NCBI RefSeq assembly: GCF_000150275.1
Contig: NW_002060947.1
Location: 2,221,740-2,285,739, forward strand
Origin: Trichoplax adhaerens
Taxonomy: Eukaryota; Animalia; Placozoa
Direction of reading: 5' to 3'
Length of the DNA: 64,000 bases
Position numbers and translations under genes: made by a program. Below are positions 1 through 13,797 of the stretch, piece after piece. Numbering within the stretch: position 1 is the stretch's first letter; every line of letters starts with the position of its first letter. A model generated the notes under the pieces. The model ran no database searches, was not told the DNA's origin, and was given only the letters and a program-made list of their open reading frames with translations.

Positions 1-112
1 TTTAGATGTCGAGTCAACATTGACCGTCATAGCGAGTGATGATGGTGCGAGTAGATCGAGTAAATCATGTTTAAAAAGGTAATAACTCAATCATGATAGT
101 ACTCTTATTCAG

Positions 113-280
113 TTAACGTCCTTTCCAAGATTGTACAGTGTCGATCCTACGAGTCTCGCACTCTTTCAACACTTTAACATACTGGTAAGACATCAAAATC
201 CAATTCTACAGTAGCTTATGTACTCTACTCTACTCTTTTTATCCATTTCTCATTGCTTCAGTTAGAATTCAACTTACCAT
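113..280 (-). other. Possible first exons of a minus-strand gene (ATG-only exon at 280-278, intron 277-182, exon starting at 181)
   Basis: ATG directly followed by a GTAAGT donor, a 96-nt intron ending CTTACCAG, then YVKVLKECETRRIDTVQSWKG. Sits just downstream of repeat array A on the minus strand. No recognisable homology, and the frame stops unless spliced again. Confidence 0.2.
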
Positions 281-559
281 AGTAGCTTGATGAGAAATCG
301 CGGGGCCAATTGACGCCAAATTTCAATGCCTACTGATATCCTAATTTTGATGTATCGACTTGATCTACTGTACTGTCCCTTTCAATTACCAATTCTCTTG
401 TCCCAATTGAGAAAGACTTTTGTGGCTATAAATCAAGAGAAAAATAGTCTATTCTAGGCAGATTTAATGCGTTTCTATGTTACTTATCACTATACTAATA
501 ATGATCAAATGGACAGTAAATCGATGTCTTACTCCATCGGCGAAGAATGAAGCGTCGAC

Positions 560-1400
560 AGTACAGTATGAGATAGTCAAAGAGTAGTACAGTACTCGCA
601 AGCTGTGCCAGCTACCGTAATTAAGGTAGTGTCGGACGTGGACTTGTACAGTACTTCACACTGTGCCGTGTACAGTGTAAAGTACAGTAAGAGCTGACTG
701 GCAAAGCAAGCAAAATTCATACTGTACTGTACAGTACGTTACTGTACAGTACAGTACATCCAATATACCGTAAAAAGTGAGTGATAACTTCATTTTTGTA
801 CCAATACTATACTGTATTGTGTACACTAACGTCTGCATTGTACTGTTTTTACGTGACACTGCGTCTTTTTCAAGATTTCGATCACTGTACTGTACTGTAC
901 AGTACAGCAGTGTACCGTTCACAATACTGTACATTGTAGATCACGATCCAAAATTCCTGCAAATCTGAATGCTATTACTGTACTGTACAGTGTACAGTGT
1001 ACAGTATACTGGAAATATACTGTACTGTATGCTGTAAGGTAGTGTCGGGATGGGGACTTGTACTGTATACTGTACACTCTACAGTAAGAGCTGCCTCGCA
1101 AAGCTTTGCAAAACTCATACAGTACTGTACAATGTACAGTACTGTGTGCATTACATCAAACACACCGTAAAAAGCCAATGATAACTTCATTTTTGTACAA
1201 ATACTGTACTGTACAGTATACTGTACTGCACAGTGTACAGTACACTAATGTCTGCATTGTACAGTACTGCACTATTTTTACGCCACACTGTGTCTTGTTC
1301 AAGATTGCGATCAGTAGTGTACTGTAAATCTCTTCAACCAAAATTCCTGCAAATCCCAATGCTAGATCGCAGAATTTACAGCACTGCACAAGTGTACAGC
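560..1400. repeat. (GTACW)n microsatellite array A (TACAG/TACTG units) containing a ~413-bp tandem duplication
   Basis: Dense TACAG/TACTG/TACAGTG units. Segments 622-974 and 1035-1364 share ordered unique blocks: TAAGGTAGTGTCGG, ACAGTAAGAGCTG, TGATAACTTCATTTTTGTAC, CCAAAATTCCTGCAAATC. Confidence 0.9.
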
Positions 1401-1489
1401 ATGTCGTAGTACTTTACACAGTGTCCAAAAATAATCCCAGCGCACAAATTTAAAATTAGTATTGCCCAATTATGCAGTAATTTACAGTT

Positions 1490-1610
1490 CAATGCTAACA
1501 AAAATGGTATCACATTCACTGTATCATACACACGTGATCAGTTTGCCAAGCCAATGCTAACAAAAATGGTATCACATTCTCTGTATCATACACACGTGAT
1601 CAGTTCACCA
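1490..1610. repeat. 62-bp direct tandem repeat, 2 copies, each with CACGTG
   Basis: CAATGCTAACAAAAATGGTATCACATTCWCTGTATCATACACACGTGATCAGTT at 1490 and 1552. Confidence 0.9.
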
Positions 1611-1639
1611 GTCCCACAAGCCTTTAAGAAACAGACAGA

Positions 1640-1678
1640 CATGGACTACTAAAAAGGTTTTCTTCTTAGTCGTCCATG
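1640..1678. repeat. 39-bp imperfect palindrome resembling the ends of the 53.9-kb fold-back element
   Basis: CATGGACTACTAAAAAG-gtttt-CTTCTTAGTCGTCCATG, 17-bp arms with 2 mismatches. Confidence 0.6.
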
Positions 1679-3565
1679 GCCTAAGGTACTAACTCTAAAG
1701 TATGTCAAGTATAAATAAAGCACTGATATCGAGTACACTGAATATGATCTATTTTTCCTGCAGACAAGGTACTGTAGTCATTCCCCCCAAAATAGCAGAA
1801 AAGAGCATCCGACTGAGGTTGCAATAGTACAGTACTCGGTTATCGCTATCCTCATGGATTTTTCAAGTTGAGTTGAAACAGAGATCAATAAAACGATTTG
1901 CCTATTAGGGCTAGAACAGAAATAAAAAAGTCACGATCAATAATAAATTTGATCCTTAGGCTACACTGACCAGAGATATTCTATTTCTTGATCGATTCGA
2001 TCGCGAGGGTTTAAATGGATTGGATTCTACAGTAGCTCACTTTGTTACATAGATTAATCAATGGTTAGGTTAAAGTTCGAAAATCGTAGGCTTTAGTACA
2101 GTAAATTCTGAGAGAATCTCTTATTTACTATTTTTTTTTGTCGATTTCCAGGTTTCCAAATAAATCTGTCAATTGACGTTAAAAGACAAAAAAAATGCCG
2201 TTTCATCAATAAAATTGCGAAAACGTAATACCAAATGTAAAAAAATTAAAGGAATCTTAAAAAAAAATTCATAAAATAACAAGAAACGCTTGATGAAGCA
2301 GTAAGGAACATGATGAGTTTCCCCCCCCCCTTTCAATATCTTGTGGGCATACGATAAATCAATACTTATAATGAATGGTTAATCCTCGCTCTTTGAATGC
2401 GTTATTGAATGATTTATGAGAATCCAGCAGGACTCACACTCCTCCGTAAAAAAACTATTTTTTTTTTTAATACAAGTACGAGTACTATGCGTACATTGCG
2501 ACAGAGTAATTCAAAATTGCTGTATTTCATTTTTTATTGATTAAATACTTACAGTGTACGACAATATAGAATGTACTACGGTACTTGCTGAAATCCTGTT
2601 AGCAGATATTTGCATAAAGTGCTCCTATGAGACGATGCAATGACATACAGAATTTATAGGGAAGAAATCAAAAATAAGTGTATTATTTCATTTTTAACTT
2701 CATTTTTAATACGACTACTATTTTAGCAAGATTCTAACCTTGATAAAGGAAATACTTAAACTGATATCTAAAATTTTGCTTAAAACTAAAGTTATCAAAT
2801 TTTAATAATGCTTAGAAAAGTATCCGCACTTCTTCATTTTTGCTATTGTCTACACAAACGAAAGTCAATTTTAGATATAGTATACGCGTAAATACTATAC
2901 TATGACAATATCCATCATTATTCACTAGAGCTATTATAAATCATGTTCGCTACTATGCTCGTATGTTAACAACTTGAAGGAAATGTAATACTTATTATTT
3001 ACTGCTTATTACAGACTGTAGTAGACGGTATAACATAATCAAATGGAGGCTAAATTAAATATTCAACTCTGTGTCAATACTGTCTAAATGAAGACACATT
3101 ATAGAATTAATTACAATTCCCATATTGACTTTCTACTTAACTTATATCCAGTACTCATGGATTTTATCAACAAGCAACAAATACTGCCAATATGGTAATA
3201 CTGTACATGACCGTACGAGTATTATTTATTTTAACGCAATAACAAGATAGAAATCAGGCATAAACTTTTGCCATTTCTACAACTTTTTTAGTACCACCTT
3301 ATACAGAAACATGATGAATACCATTTAAGCAACTAGTAACCACATTTACAATTCAATACGTTATCATACGATATTTATGCTTTAAACTGTAGTATCTTCA
3401 TGCAACTTTGGCTCCAATTTGTCTACAAGTAATTGCCACTTCTATCATAATTGTTAAGCAAACATTATTTGTTACCAAGTAATACTATAACTTGCATCAG
3501 GAATGAATAGAGTATTAGTTAGAGTTTACTGATATCAAGCTTTAGTAATGATAGCCAATATCCAA

Positions 3566-3904
3566 CTATGTATGTTGATTGATTAGTTGCTGCAGCTTTT
3601 CCATACTGGCCCCGCTAAATTGGTTAATTTTAACACCATTTTTGAAAAATAGAAAAGTTGGTAAGCTTCGTATTTCATACTTTTCAGATACTTCTTCGTT
3701 CTGTTCAACATCAATTTCCAAAAATAGAACGTTGTGTTGCATATTTTCAGCGAGTTGTCGAATTTGTGGAGAAATCGTATTACATGGAACACACCAACTC
3801 GCGCAGAAATCCACTACAATTAAGACGTCTTTTACACTTTTGATTATTTTCTTAAATTGGTTTAAATCTTTCACCAGTTTAACCTTTCCTTGAGTTTCTG
3901 GCAT
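3566..3904 (-). CDS. Thioredoxin-family protein, 112 aa, intronless, WCVPC active site
   Basis: VVDFCASWCVPC, FLEIDVE, IRSLPTFLFFKNG...FSGA are classic Trx-fold motifs, including the cis-Pro region. Full-length for a thioredoxin. Confidence 0.92.
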   Translation of the reverse strand: MPETQGKVKLVKDLNQFKKIIKSVKDVLIVVDFCASWCVPCNTISPQIRQLAENMQHNVLFLEIDVEQNEEVSEKYEIRSLPTFLFFKNGVKINQFSGASMEKLQQLINQHT

Positions 3905-6900
3905 ATTTTATCAATTGCTATGGTAGCTTTTGTCGACTGATTCCTATGGTGAAATGATGAATTTGAAACGGTAGATTAGGAGTGCTTGGCACTTTATACA
4001 AAAGCCAGAAGTATAGAATCTGTCTGGAAACTAGTTAAAATAACACTCTCAATCAATAACAAATTTGATCATTCTTATTTCTAAAAGTTAGAGACAACAA
4101 AGAACTAGACTTATTAATAGCAATCGAGAAATGATCTTTTGTTCTGATAACTAACGATTATCAATATAGTTTGTCTTCTTTTACAAGTTATATTGTCATG
4201 GTAGAACAAATAAAAACAAACTCGATTGGATGCTATCGTGTTTTTTTCTTAGTATCATCCATAGCGACATCGTGATTATCTTCCCAGCTTTCCAATACTG
4301 CAAGCCTTGGGATTTATATAGAATTATCAATACGTCTTCAATTATTTTATGGTTACACTTTGCAGTAAGTGTATAATACAATTAAGCCAATCAAAGGATC
4401 AGTTGTCAACTGATTGAATAACATAATAAATAATGCAGTAGCTCAAACAATATCCAACAGTTGAATACTATACATTATAATACATATGCTCGAAAAAGAT
4501 TTCATTTAGCTATCAATTATTTGTTATATTAATTATTTTCAGTTTTAAACTAAATTTATCTTCATATAAAACGGTAAAATTTTGTCCAGGAACTATTGAT
4601 GATTTATTTAAATGGTCATTAATTTCGGTATTAGAGTAGTAGATTGATCGATTTTCCAAAGGGGCAAATATAATATATACATCTTAGTATCTACACTACA
4701 CATTTCCAATTTTGTCAACTAAAATAGTGTCACTAGAATTTATTCCAAGCCGATTGTTCTACAATGTTATAAAGCAGCTGCTATTTGACGCTAATAGATT
4801 ATAATTAATTAAAAATTGACTTTATAATGTTGACTATTGAAAGGTATGTATATTGTAAGTATGTTTGGCACAGCTATCTAAACTAATTGAATATTAGCAG
4901 CACAAAAATTAAAATGATAGTGATTGCTTAAATATTGTAAACTATTTGTAGTACATATCTACTTAATATTACTCAAATAGAATTTTTTCATAGCTAGTTT
5001 TGAAATATTGTTGTCTTATTATGTAAAAATTGCATAATAAATTCACTGCTTATACATTGATACTAACAATTTACTGTATAATTTTTATTTTTTTAACATA
5101 GCAACACTTTATCAAAATGTCTACAACAGATATTAGTAAATAGTAAATGCTCTTTTAAGAAATAGACTTTAATCTATTACATTTATTGTTAACTTTACTC
5201 TAGGTCACAGTACCATCAGTTATTTAATATACTGTATATTGCATATACAGACATTGTAAAATAGATAAAATTATTTTTCTTGCTTAGTATAGTACAAGAT
5301 TTTCAATTAAGAATCTAATTCATAAAAAACTTTCCACTAGAAAAGCAATAAATATCCAAAATATCATTTACATGAAAAGATTATTGATAAAAATCAATTA
5401 AATTTAAATTCTATATATACTGGTATAGCTTTATAATTGCATTAATAAATATCCCACGGAAACAAATATTTTAAAATTCTCAATACAAAACTAAGGTTAA
5501 ACAAAATTTACGAAAAGCGATATAAATCGAAATACAAGTTAGTATATTTGTACCACTAGGATAATTGTGAATAACAGTTAAATCTATCACGTAAAAAAAT
5601 TATATACTTGATATTTCAAAGCTGATCAGAACTTTACTTTTTTATATTTTGATTTATTCTACTGTAATTTCCTATATTATATCTATTATATTTATTGTAT
5701 AATTTGATAGTCAGTAATTATATTATCTAGCAAGTCTGAGTAAGGTAATATTAAGGGGAATATGTATGATCGTCACATTAAACGTCTTCAAAATTAGCAA
5801 TATCTTGCTCAGAGTATATACTCAATTGTACATTCTATCATCAAACGCTAAAGTAGAACAGATTATATGATATACAGTACTGGCACGATAGAAAGATTTT
5901 ACTACCGGATTATCTTATAAATGTAATTATATTTATACAGTAGCGTAACGTTGTGTGTTAAAGTTACATAAATTTTATTGCCTTGTACAAGTAATCAGCG
6001 ATAAGGGCTATAAAATTGTTAAGACAAAGAGTTGCTTTATTAAAATATAAAGAATTACGAATTAATAGTTAGTAGCAAAATAAGGTGCGCAATTCACTTT
6101 CACATTCCATATCATATCGCTGTATCATTGACTACGATACAAGTTGATAACATGATGCTAAAGCTGTCTGAGCTTAAACATCGCCATTTCCTAAACGAAA
6201 TTAAAAGCTAATCTAGCTATTCTGATAGTGCTGCATACTGATGCCCACAAAGCAAGACCAAGCAATGCAGGCTGTCCATTCCTTCAACATCACTAGTCAC
6301 TATCTATAGTTAATGTTTACCTATTGTTTTACAATATCAATTAGTTATAATTAATTTTAAGTCGTTTGGTATACATCACAGACCGATAATTACATATAAT
6401 GCGACAAAATTATCGGTAAATTTCGAAGCTATAGGAACATAAAATTGGAAATAGTAGCCAAATTTTTTTATAATAGATTTAAAATTATATGATTAAAGTC
6501 GTTAATGAAATTAATTTTATTAACCTAGTTAATTAATTTTACATCGAATAATGAATTATTGGAAAATTGTTACAAGTATGAAGTGTTTACTAAAGATTTA
6601 AAAGAAAAGAATCCTTGTGGCTGTAGTACAGCAAGTTCTATAAGGCTTTCTTAAATAGTACACATAAGATAAGGTGTACAACATGAGAAGGTAAAGTTTA
6701 GCAAGTCCCCTTGTAATTGCCAATAATTTGTTAAACTGTAAATATGTAAGTTGTTGTAAGGTCAGTACAAAACAGAATATTAAAGATATATCGATTGAAA
6801 AAGAAATCACCATAACGTGTGAAACGTTGTCACTTTGACTCTAGGTAATAATTACAGCTACATCGAACGAACTATGAAGTAAGATAGATCGAATATATAT

Positions 6901-7119
6901 TTAATTGTATAACAATACAATTAAAAATTTCTTATATACATAAAATATGTAGTAACGACATTAATGCGTTGCAAATGTAACTGTCGATAAAAAAATATTA
7001 ATTTTACAGACGTAATTGTTGCATAAAGAAAATATCGCCCAGACATATTATTAATTTAAGAAAAGGAATTTTATAATCATATAGATACATGATCATTCGT
7101 ATCGTTATAATTTTTTAAT

Positions 7120-10100
7120 TTAACTTAATGGCGAAATAACACGAATATCGTAATCTGGAGATGTAGTTTCATCCGATTTGACAAATGCGTTTTGATCACC
7201 CTTAATATCACGACTAACTGATAAACCGTGACCATAGCGTTCGGTATATATTGACTCGTCTTTTTCAAAATTTGTCTTTGCTAATTCGCCGTTTTCTGAA
7301 ATGTATATACAGTTAATTTTAAATAGAAATAATCTTAATACGATAGCCTTCGAATTTTAAGCTTACCGTTGTCGTCGGAAGATGGATCATAATTATAGCT
7401 TTACGTCAAGTTGTCATGTTTGATAATACCAGCAAATAAGAAGAAATAAGTTATTACATGAGGAGCCAATAATAAAGAAGGGCAAGTTATTAATCGTTAC
7501 CGTTTCTCAGTAAATTTCGTGTCGGACTCTTCCCAGTCGGGCTTTAATTTTTGTTCCAAACGAAAATCCTGTAAGTGACATAATTGTAAATTAACTGTTG
7601 CACGGTAAGATAATAATGCTTCTAAAACAGATTAGCTGATGATTACCTTTTCTCTACTTGATGCTATCAACTGTTCGAGATTTCTACTTGTACCCTTTTC
7701 CGTAAAAACCTAATTCAAAGTCACAACATTAAAATATTTACTAAACAAGATTAATTATTACTTGCTTTTAATTAGTGTTTGGTCTAGGAAATATTGGAAT
7801 AAATTATGAACCTGATGTCGTAAAGCTTCAGCTTCATGCTTTTTAGCATCAAACATCACTTGCAGCTACAGCATTATTAAAAAAATTTACGTTATTTGTA
7901 TCGTTTTAATAACTCATCTTTAATACAATAATCGAATTAGCCTTTATTCGTATGATTTGTAGATTATGGTATATATTTAATATCTATTCACGATATATCT
8001 TACCTGCTCATTATCCATCGATTGAGACATCAATCGTCGCCCAAGATCCTCATTCTGATCTTCTAGCTTCAGATATAATTCACGTATTGTAGATACGTCT
8101 TTGAGTAATGATTCCTGTATGACGATAAACATGATAAATACAGAAATTAACCCCAGTAATATATTATTGATCTGCGGTGATTCAAATGTTACTATAGGAT
8201 ATATGTGTTACCTTTTCCTCCTGAGCTACACGTAATTGTTCTTCCATGTTAGATAATGATTGTGCCATACTTGAAAGTTGCATTTCGTAAGACTGTTGAG
8301 CTAATTTATGCTAATATAAAGCATCGTTTAAAATTAATTGCATTTTCTCTATTATACATAATTTCGAAAATCTATCCTTACTCGTTCAAGCTCTTTCTCT
8401 TGCTGTTCCGTCACTTCACGTGCTAGATAATATTGCTATAATATCATACATGGAGCAATAATTGTTATTGTGGCGACAGCAGTGTCATAGAATATTTTAC
8501 TGTTAGTAAATAGAACTGCAATATGGACATTTACCTCATCTCTTGCTGCCATTTGTGCGCGCATATTGGCACTTTCACTAATAGTTTGTCTGGCTGTAGA
8601 ATCAATCTGTTCCTTTTCATTACTTAAGATTCTAAATTGTTCTAATAATTCCGCTTTCTCTTGATCTTTAATTTCTAGTAACTCTTGTACACGTGAAGCT
8701 TGTCGAGCGTATTCCTGCACTTGCAATTTCAATTCGGAACACTCCGTAGCATTTCTTTCCAGCTCTTCATGCAACGCCTTAATTAAAATACAGTTGAATG
8801 TGCGATAATTTATAGTACAGGTAAAAACGAGGTCTTAAAAATTAATAATTAGGAATAGAATACAGACTTGATTTTCTTCCGTCATAATAGCTAAATCTTC
8901 ATGAAGTCGCCGATTTTCTTTGTGATTTTGCTCGTGGCCATGATGTAATTGATTGACTTCATCAGCTGAATCATTAATTTGCCTTTTCAAACTTTGAATT
9001 TCTCGATCTTTCCTAGACAGTTGTTCGTTTACCAAACTATATTTTGTATCCAGATAATTATTAATTTGTCAGTATAAGGAACAAAGTTTAACAAAGACAG
9101 AAATTAAATGACACGCAATAAATCCATATAGTCTATAGGACAATAATGATGTTGGCTGTAATATAACGTTCACACAAAGCTTTAACAAATTGTCAAAGTA
9201 AGCTAAACTATTGCTGCCAATATACCTTAAACGTGACTCTAGTTCTTCTACGGTCGATTCAAGTTGCTTAGATCGTTCTAATATTTGTTTTTTGTCGCCT
9301 TCTAAAGTGTCCATCAATTCTGCTTTTTTATCAACTTCATTTTGTAGTGAATCGCGATCTCTATCAAGAGATGATAATACGCTCCTTAAGCGTTTTACTT
9401 CATCTTTGCAAGCACTTGATTGTTTTTTAACTTCACCTAAATATTCCGAGCTGATTAATTTTTAATTAAACGAAATGAAGAGACAGTCATTTTAAATTTT
9501 ACCTATTTTTTCTTCTAATCTATTGATTTTCTTTTCGGCAGCCTGTAGTTCACTAATTTTGGAGGATAGCTTGTTTTGATATTCTTCTATAGATCTCTCG
9601 GCTTGATCAAGTAATAATCTGTATTTGCTTGATTGACTTTTTTGTTCCACAACATCTTCCCTTGCCATTGTCAGGGACAAAGTAGAGTTTTTGACTTGCT
9701 CTTCTAAATGTGAAATCATTTCGCGAGCGGATGAAAGTTGAGATCGTAGTTCTGATTTTTGTCGTTCAGCCTGCAATTAAAGCAGCTATTAATTATTGCA
9801 TTGTTTTTATACATATACCAAGTCCTTCTATTAATAATCTAAACGCACATGCGGTAGTTACCCTAACCGAATTAATGTAGATGCTGTTACTAAGAAATAA
9901 GATTTGCATGCATGGTACACTTTAGATTGCGACAAAGTGATACTTACATCTGTTAACGAATTAATAGCAGCGTCTGCTTTCTGTTCTAGAAACTTTCGAT
10001 CAACAGCAACAGACTCTGAAGAGACCTGAAATAATAAGTTATTACAATTTTCATTAAGCTATCATCATCAATAAAGTAGCTGCAAGAAGGCATTAAACAC

Positions 10101-13100
10101 CTCAATGATGTCATAATAGATAATTTATAAAACTATCCAGAATAGTACCTTTAATCTTTCTCTTAAGCTGTTACGTTCAGTTTTTGCGGCTTCCAACTCT
10201 TGGATAGCATCATCCCGCTCTTCTTCTATTCTTTTTAAAACCAACGATTTGTTCGAAGATACTCCGTTAGGAGATAAGATCGATTCACGACGAAGACGCT
10301 GGAGTTCTTCCTGTGCCTGATGGTATCGATAATGGATGGGATTTGCTTTAAGGTGATCGTTTCATTCCATGGTAAATTTACAATACTAAGGCTAAATAAT
10401 AATGCATATACTCGTATTGTACAGTACGTAATCACAACATACTCATTACGGTCGCATAATGATGAATCGATCATTTTAATCTTTAAAAATATATAAAGAT
10501 ACTTCGCTGACAAAGTGTGATTAAATTTGATTCAATAACTGAGCAACTTATAAGGTATATGTAAATCAACAGATCAAAATCATTTACCGTCAGTAGCTTT
10601 CTACGGAATGCTAATTTAGCCACTTACGTAAAATGCAGCATAATCTTTAATAAAATATTGGATAAAAACAACGAAAATTTGCAAACCTGCTTGTAGAGTA
10701 AAGTAGTGCTATCGCGGTCGTGTGCTAGATCTTTAACATTATTTTGTATCTAATAAGATAAAGACATGTAAGATTATCATCGGCCATAACCGTATAGCAC
10801 AAAAGGTATGATCATATGTAATTATTGAACAGATATATTTAAAAATGCTTTTACTTCATTTAAGTTCTTTTCAAAATTTTTTAGAACAGTTTTAAGTTCG
10901 TCTCTTTCTTGTCTCAAGCGTTTTACGACCTCTGACTCCTTAGCACTAATTTGCTGTAATTATCAAGAACATTTATCATTTAGAAAAGTTACCACATTTT
11001 TATTTTGCACGAATTCTTTAGTCTAATTAACAAAATTATCAACCTTTTCTCTTAGTGACTTCTTCGGTAAGTTCTTGCCTTCGGCTTTCAATAAACTTCT
11101 TAGATTATCGCATTCATCTCGGTAGTAATCTCTTTCACGCTCAAGAACTCTTATGGTCATTTCATTATGGTTCTACACATCATGACATAAATCCTTCTCA
11201 ATGAAATTGCATTACAATTAAACACTTCTCAATTGTAAGGTGTACCTTCGTATCCTCTGATGGTCCAGATAATATCTCAGATGTAGATATTCTATCCTTC
11301 TGCTTAAGCAAATTCTGTAAGGTTAAGCATTCTTTCTTGTAATGATCTCGTTCTTCTTCCAAAATTTTTGTCAAGCTCTTAAAGATGGACGATTTAAAAG
11401 CTGTTTAAGAATGCTGTTGCATGTCATTAGTGATGGTAATGAAAGACATATCATACATGAGTTTTGACGGTATTCCTTTGCCTTAATCTGTCAATTTCAT
11501 TTGTTAAGTCTCGTTCTATGAAATATGTTGTAAATTAAGTGAGGATAAATCTTAGATTTCCTTCGGTTACCGAACTTAGGAATCATCATCAAGTTTAGGA
11601 ATAAAGATAATTTAAAAGTTATACCTATATTTGATAACTTTTCACATTTATTACTCAGTGTCTGATTATTAACTTGGACTTTATCCAATACACTTGCTGA
11701 TTTCTTTGACTCGCGCTCCGAGATAGCTACAAGCTCTGTTAGTTGAGTATTTTCAGCTTCAAGGGACTGAATATGTTCACGTAATTCATTATATTTATCA
11801 CTTAATTCCTCTCTTGCTTTAATATTGGCTCGTAAATTATTCTGCAAGTTAATAAGTAAACTAACATTAATAATTTTCTGGCATTAAACTTTAAGCAATA
11901 TAAAATGCTGTTATTAGAGCTAGGAATATACGTATAATACTTGAATATCAGCTATCTCTCGATGACAATCAGCTATGGTCTCATCTTTATCTTGTTCGAG
12001 CTGTTTAGATAAGCGATCAATATCTTTTAGTTCATTGCATAAGTCATCATTTCTTTTCGAGAGGTTTCTATTCTCCTTTTCTAGACTGGTCTTAGCGCTA
12101 ATCGTATCATCTAATTTGTTCTCAAGCTCACGATTGGCATCTTGAAGGAAGTTAACCTAAACGTACATCAAGCGATATTGCTAAATAACTTGTTACTAGT
12201 TGATATTCTAGCTCGCTGCAAATAATTTTAATTTCTATGTTGCGTTTAGAAGATAACAACTATCTTTAGGCATGGAGATTAAAATTATTACTGTTGTTAT
12301 ATACGACAGTAAATAACTGAGCGAAAAATGTAGCAACTAAACTGACCTGAACATTCAAATGTGATATAATACGTTCATTGCTATCTTTCTTCGTTTCATC
12401 GATCACAGCTTCAACAGGACGGCCGTCACTAAGTAGTTTACTTAATCGCTCAATTTCTTTATCACGGACATCAATCTATGTTAAAGCATTTTGAGTCATA
12501 GGATTATAATCACATCTAAGAACATATAGATTTAACGATCAGTGTAGAATTACTTTTATACAAACACTCTTTAAGAGAAGTTCTTACGGAATTTAATTGT
12601 CTTAATGAGAATTAAATCAATTAGCTACTCATAAATAATCAACTAATTAATAGGCCCTGATAAATCAATCTCCTCAAGGCTAGACTTAATGGTATCATCT
12701 GTTAGTAATAAGCTGAGTAGCCATGCGATGAAATTGTTTCATATAATTCTATTCATTAAAAAAACTAATTGATCTTTCATCTTCAAATGTCGAGAAATTA
12801 TGATAGTTCTATACCTACTTATACTTCTGCGGTATAGCGTCATTATGCATCGTAAAAAGCAATGCATGGTTTCACTGTGTAAGTTAAGTACTAGTAACCT
12901 TTGCTTCATATGTCTATTATATATTAGCTACTTACAATATTATGGATCAATAAGAATTATTTTAAAAGTACGCTGTTACTTTAAATATTATATCATAATA
13001 ATCATAAATTATAATCATGATGCAATCTGAATATAGTTTAGTCCGGTTCGACTGCTTGAGAATATTTATTAAGATTTGTCGTTTTCTACCTGTTTCCTAA

Positions 13101-13797
13101 GTGATTTAATTCTCCTGTCATTACTGTTTTGTTCATCCTTCAGGAGGTCAACTTCAGTCTGTAGTTTCTCGATCCTGCCATCAGCTACATGTAGCAAATC
13201 AGCAATATAGGGATCACTTATTGCATCGTGATTGTTATAACCATAAGCACGATCATCAGACGGATCGATTGTTGCATCAATGTCCATTCGTTGTCTCCTA
13301 TGTGGAATATGACGTTTTCGACCACCAGGAGTTTCGACAACAGCTTGAAAATTCCTTTCCTGCAGTTGCTGAATACGATCGGTTTTAATTTCAGTTGCAT
13401 GCTCTAAGGATTTAATTTTATGAGCGTATTGCGTATTAAGAAACCGTAAGTCAGCATTTTCATGTTCCAAATGGCGTACGGTTTCTTTTAAATCTCGAAT
13501 TGTTAATTCACTTTCTTCCTTGACTTTAATTAGTTGCAAATGGATGCTATTATTCTCTTTCATTAATCGACCATTATCTCGCTTGTATGGCTCAATAATT
13601 CTTTCCCAATTACCTTTCTCAACCTGACGCTGACTAAGTTCGGTTTTAGCATTCTTTAAGCTTTCAGTAGTATGTAACAAGTCGGCAAACAATTTCTCCA
13701 CCAAAGGTACACTATCAACTCCTAACAGTTGCCGATAGCCTAATTGATCCAGCCTTCTTCGTAGCTTTGTGAACTTCCTTTCTGCCGCTGTCGACAT
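7120..13797 (-). CDS. CEP135: Centrosomal protein 135 (CEP135/Bld10 family), about 22 coding exons
   Basis: N-terminus MSTAAERKFTKLRRRLDQLGYRQLLGVDSVPLVEKLFADLLHTTESL and FQAVVETPGGRKRHIPHRRQRM match CEP135. Downstream coiled-coil exons join in frame by GT-AG (EEERDHYKKE, LDRDRDSLQNEVDKKAE, NLEQLIASSREK). Stop TAA at 7122-7120. Probable 5'UTR intron 15778-13822. Confidence 0.93.

Noticed and set aside
656-1389. Six overlapping Y/C/T/V/Q/S-rich ORFs
   Set aside because: (TACAG)n and (TACTG)n have no stop codons and translate as YSTVQ and YCTVL. The ORFs are repeat artefacts, and their mutual similarity comes from the 413-bp duplication.
4000-7100. 3-kb AT-rich gap with 61- and 71-aa ORFs
   Set aside because: No consistent exon chain or homology. 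The ORFs look like chance hydrophobic AT-rich frames.
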